A DNA stretch of 63,261 nucleotides, the filler included, from Reclinomonas americana ATCC 50394 (lineage: Eukaryota), in the NCBI GenBank assembly GCA_048213135.1. It is 7 parts of 2 records of this genome, joined end to end, with 100 filler letters (N's around TTAATTAATTAA, not from the genome) between each part and the next. Parts side by side here need not be neighbours in the genome. Positions count along the whole stretch, not along the records: positions 54,072 to 63,261 come from PS015071.1; 6 more parts are not named here. One strand, written 5' to 3'. This document shows positions 60,949 through 63,261 of the stretch, piece after piece; within the stretch, counting starts at the first letter, position 1, and each line of letters begins with the position of its first letter. A program made the translations under genes and the position numbers. The notes under the pieces are model-generated. The model was not told the DNA's origin. It saw only the letters and a program-made list of their open reading frames with translations, and did no database searches.

Positions 60949-63061
60949 ATGTTCTCGTGGGCATGCTGGCTCCTCGTGGCCATTGGCTTTTGCCAGTGCG
61001 CCTCCTGGCTTGTCTCGTTTGGTCGCTGGCTGCATTTCAGTGTGTGGCCGGCACTCAAGCTGCGCTGGCGCACGTGGCAGCAGCGGAACAATGAGGAGGC
61101 GGATGTGGAGAGTGTGCGGGTGGCGCTGGCGCCCTTTGTGAAGGAGGTGAGGAGCGGGGGAGAAGAAGAGAAGGAGAGAGAAGGAGAGAGAGAGGAGAGA
61201 GTGATTCTGCAAGTTGACTGACTGTGTGTTGTCTTTGCAGGGTGCATGGGCTGTTGGTGAGTCCCTCTCTCACGCACACGCACACACACACAAACACACA
61301 CACAAACACACACACACACACACACACACTCTCTCTCTCCCTCTCTCTCACTGGTCACTTGTCTCTCTTCCGAGTGATTAATCTCTCCATCATTCTCTCT
61401 CTGTCTCGCTCACTCACTTGTCTCTCACTCTCACTCACTCACTCACTCACTCACTCACTCACTCACACACTCACTCACTCACTCACAAACCCACTCACTC
61501 ACTCACTCCTTCTCTCACTCACTCACACTCACTCACTCACTCACTCACAAACCCACTCACTCACTGACTGTACACACCTTCTCCGTCCCTCCCTCACTCA
61601 CTCATTCACTCACTCACTCACTCACTGCACTGCACTCACTCACTCACTAACTCACTCACTCACTCACTCACTCACTCACTCACTCACTCACTCACTCACT
61701 CACTCTTTGCTGCGTGCAGTCACTGGCGCCTCCGATGGCATTGTTGCGGAGAATTTCGACTAGTGCTGCTGCTGCTGCAGTTGCTCACTGTCTCTCTCTC
61801 TCTCTCTCTCTCACAGGGCAAGGGCTTTGTGTACGAGCTTGCTGCTGCCGGCTTCAATGTCGTTCTTCTCGCCCGCACCGCGTCCAAGATGCATGAGATT
61901 GCCACGGAAGTGCAGCAAGGTTGGCATTCTCTGTGTTCTTCTCTCATCTCTTTCCTGGGCCTTCTCGTCGCGTCACAGCACTGCGCGTTCCGATATGCCT
62001 TATTTGTCTCGTGCACCCTGTCATCTCTCTTCTCCCACATCATCGCTTCTTGTCGGCGTGGGCCCACGTCGCGCTGATACGTTCTCCGTTGTGCCTGTCT
62101 TGTCTCGTCACCCTGTCATGGAGTCGCGTTCGTGCACCGCTCCTTGTCCTCTTGGGTTGCCCGTAGCCGGCCTCCGCCTTTACCCACCCTGCACTTTCAT
62201 GTCACACCAAGTCGCTCTTTGTCTCTCCATGATGCCGTCGCATTGCATTCGCCATCCCCTCTCTTTGCTTCCTTCATGCAACCACTCTCGCCTGGAGCAT
62301 CGTGTGCCCCATGTCACTGCGCTCATCGCCTCATGGACCCCTTCCATTTCCCGCCTCATTACTTCCTCACGTCTTCTCTCCTCCTTGTCTCCCTTCTCCC
62401 CCCGACAGCCTACGGCACGCAATGTCGCTTCCTCTCCGTCGACTTTACCAGCGCCGACACCGAAGCCGTGTACGCCCGCATCGAGCAGGAGCTGCGCGAC
62501 CTCAACATCACCGTTCTCGTCAACAATGTCGGTGGTGCCTTTGAGCACTACATGACAGGTGCGTGAGTGCGTGTGGCTCTTCTTCTCTGCCGACACTCAC
62601 CTGTGTGCGGGTGTGTCAGACTTTATCGACGTGCCGGTGGCGGCGACCGACGCTGTGTTCCGTGTCAACGTGGTGAGCCTGGTGCGCATGACGCACATGT
62701 GCCTGCCGCGCATGCGAGCGGCCCGCTGCGGCCTCGTTCTCAACCTGTGTTCGGCCGCCGGCATTTTCCCCGCGCCCTACATCTCCCTCTACTCGGGCTG
62801 CAAGGCGTTCATCGACTTTTTCTCACGCTCCCTCAACCTCGAGTTGCGCCAGTACGGGCCCGCCATGCGCGTCATGTCGGTGTGCTCCAACCTGGTGGTG
62901 ACGCCGGGCACCAAGAATTTCGTGCACGGCGAGAGTCTGCTGGCGTGCACGCCGCGTGCGCTGGCGCGCTCCGCTCTCATCTACCAGAGCAGTGGCGCCA
63001 GCACGGGCACGCCACACTGGGCGCACGCCATGGAGTCGACGGCCACGCATGTGTTGCCGGC
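60949..63061 (+). CDS. Short-chain dehydrogenase, very-long-chain 3-oxoacyl-CoA reductase (KAR/HSD17B12)-like; 3' end beyond the window
   Basis: N-terminal TM; GAWAV|VTGASDGI|GKG Rossmann motif; VLVNNVG; YSGCK (YxxxK); FSRSLNLEL. Confidence 0.92.
61410..61705. repeat. (CACT)n tetranucleotide microsatellite in an SDR intron
   Basis: Long imperfect CACT run. Confidence 0.9.
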
Positions 63062-63261
63062 GTTGCGTTTTGTGGGGGAAAGGGGGAATGGGGGGAAAGG
63101 CGGGTGGGGAAGGGGTGGAGAAGAGAAGAAGAGGGTAGAGAAGAGAAAGGTTGCATTTATTCGCGATCTGTACCGATCTCTCACTTTCTTCTTCCCTCTC
63201 CTCTCACTGTCATCATCGTTCATTGTCCTCGCGTCGTCTCCTCTCTCTCTCCTCCCCCCCC

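Overview
Intron-rich, gene-dense, GC-rich nuclear DNA of a eukaryote, probably a unicellular, possibly flagellated protist (a Fuzzy/CPLANE homologue is present). The window is a gapped assembly whose pieces are joined by six artificial N-TTAATTAATTAA-N linkers. By manual splicing I can support about 20 genes: importin-7/8 (plus the 5' end of a tandem duplicate), a PAM2-like tail-anchored protein, cytosolic Hsp70, four WD40 proteins, two thiolases (HADHB-like and ACAT), tRNA-Gly(GCC), Fuzzy, a RING/B-box/coiled-coil (TRIM-like) protein, a tandem pair of unknown paralogues, an AcpS-type PPTase, a class-V PLP enzyme, Vps55, two RNI-like LRR proteins, a MAP2K-like kinase, an ankyrin fragment, a PPR-SMR protein and a KAR/HSD17B12-like SDR. 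The most striking signal is in the splicing code. About 20 introns start with GTTGCG (plus GTTACG and GTTGAGT variants), which is the ordinary GTGCG/GTACG/GTGAG donor shifted by one base, and they almost never have an exonic -1 G. This points to an abundant second class of 5' splice site. Many long introns also have G/A-rich 5' ends and C/T-rich 3' ends. All gene models and protein family calls come from reading the sequence by eye; no searches were run.
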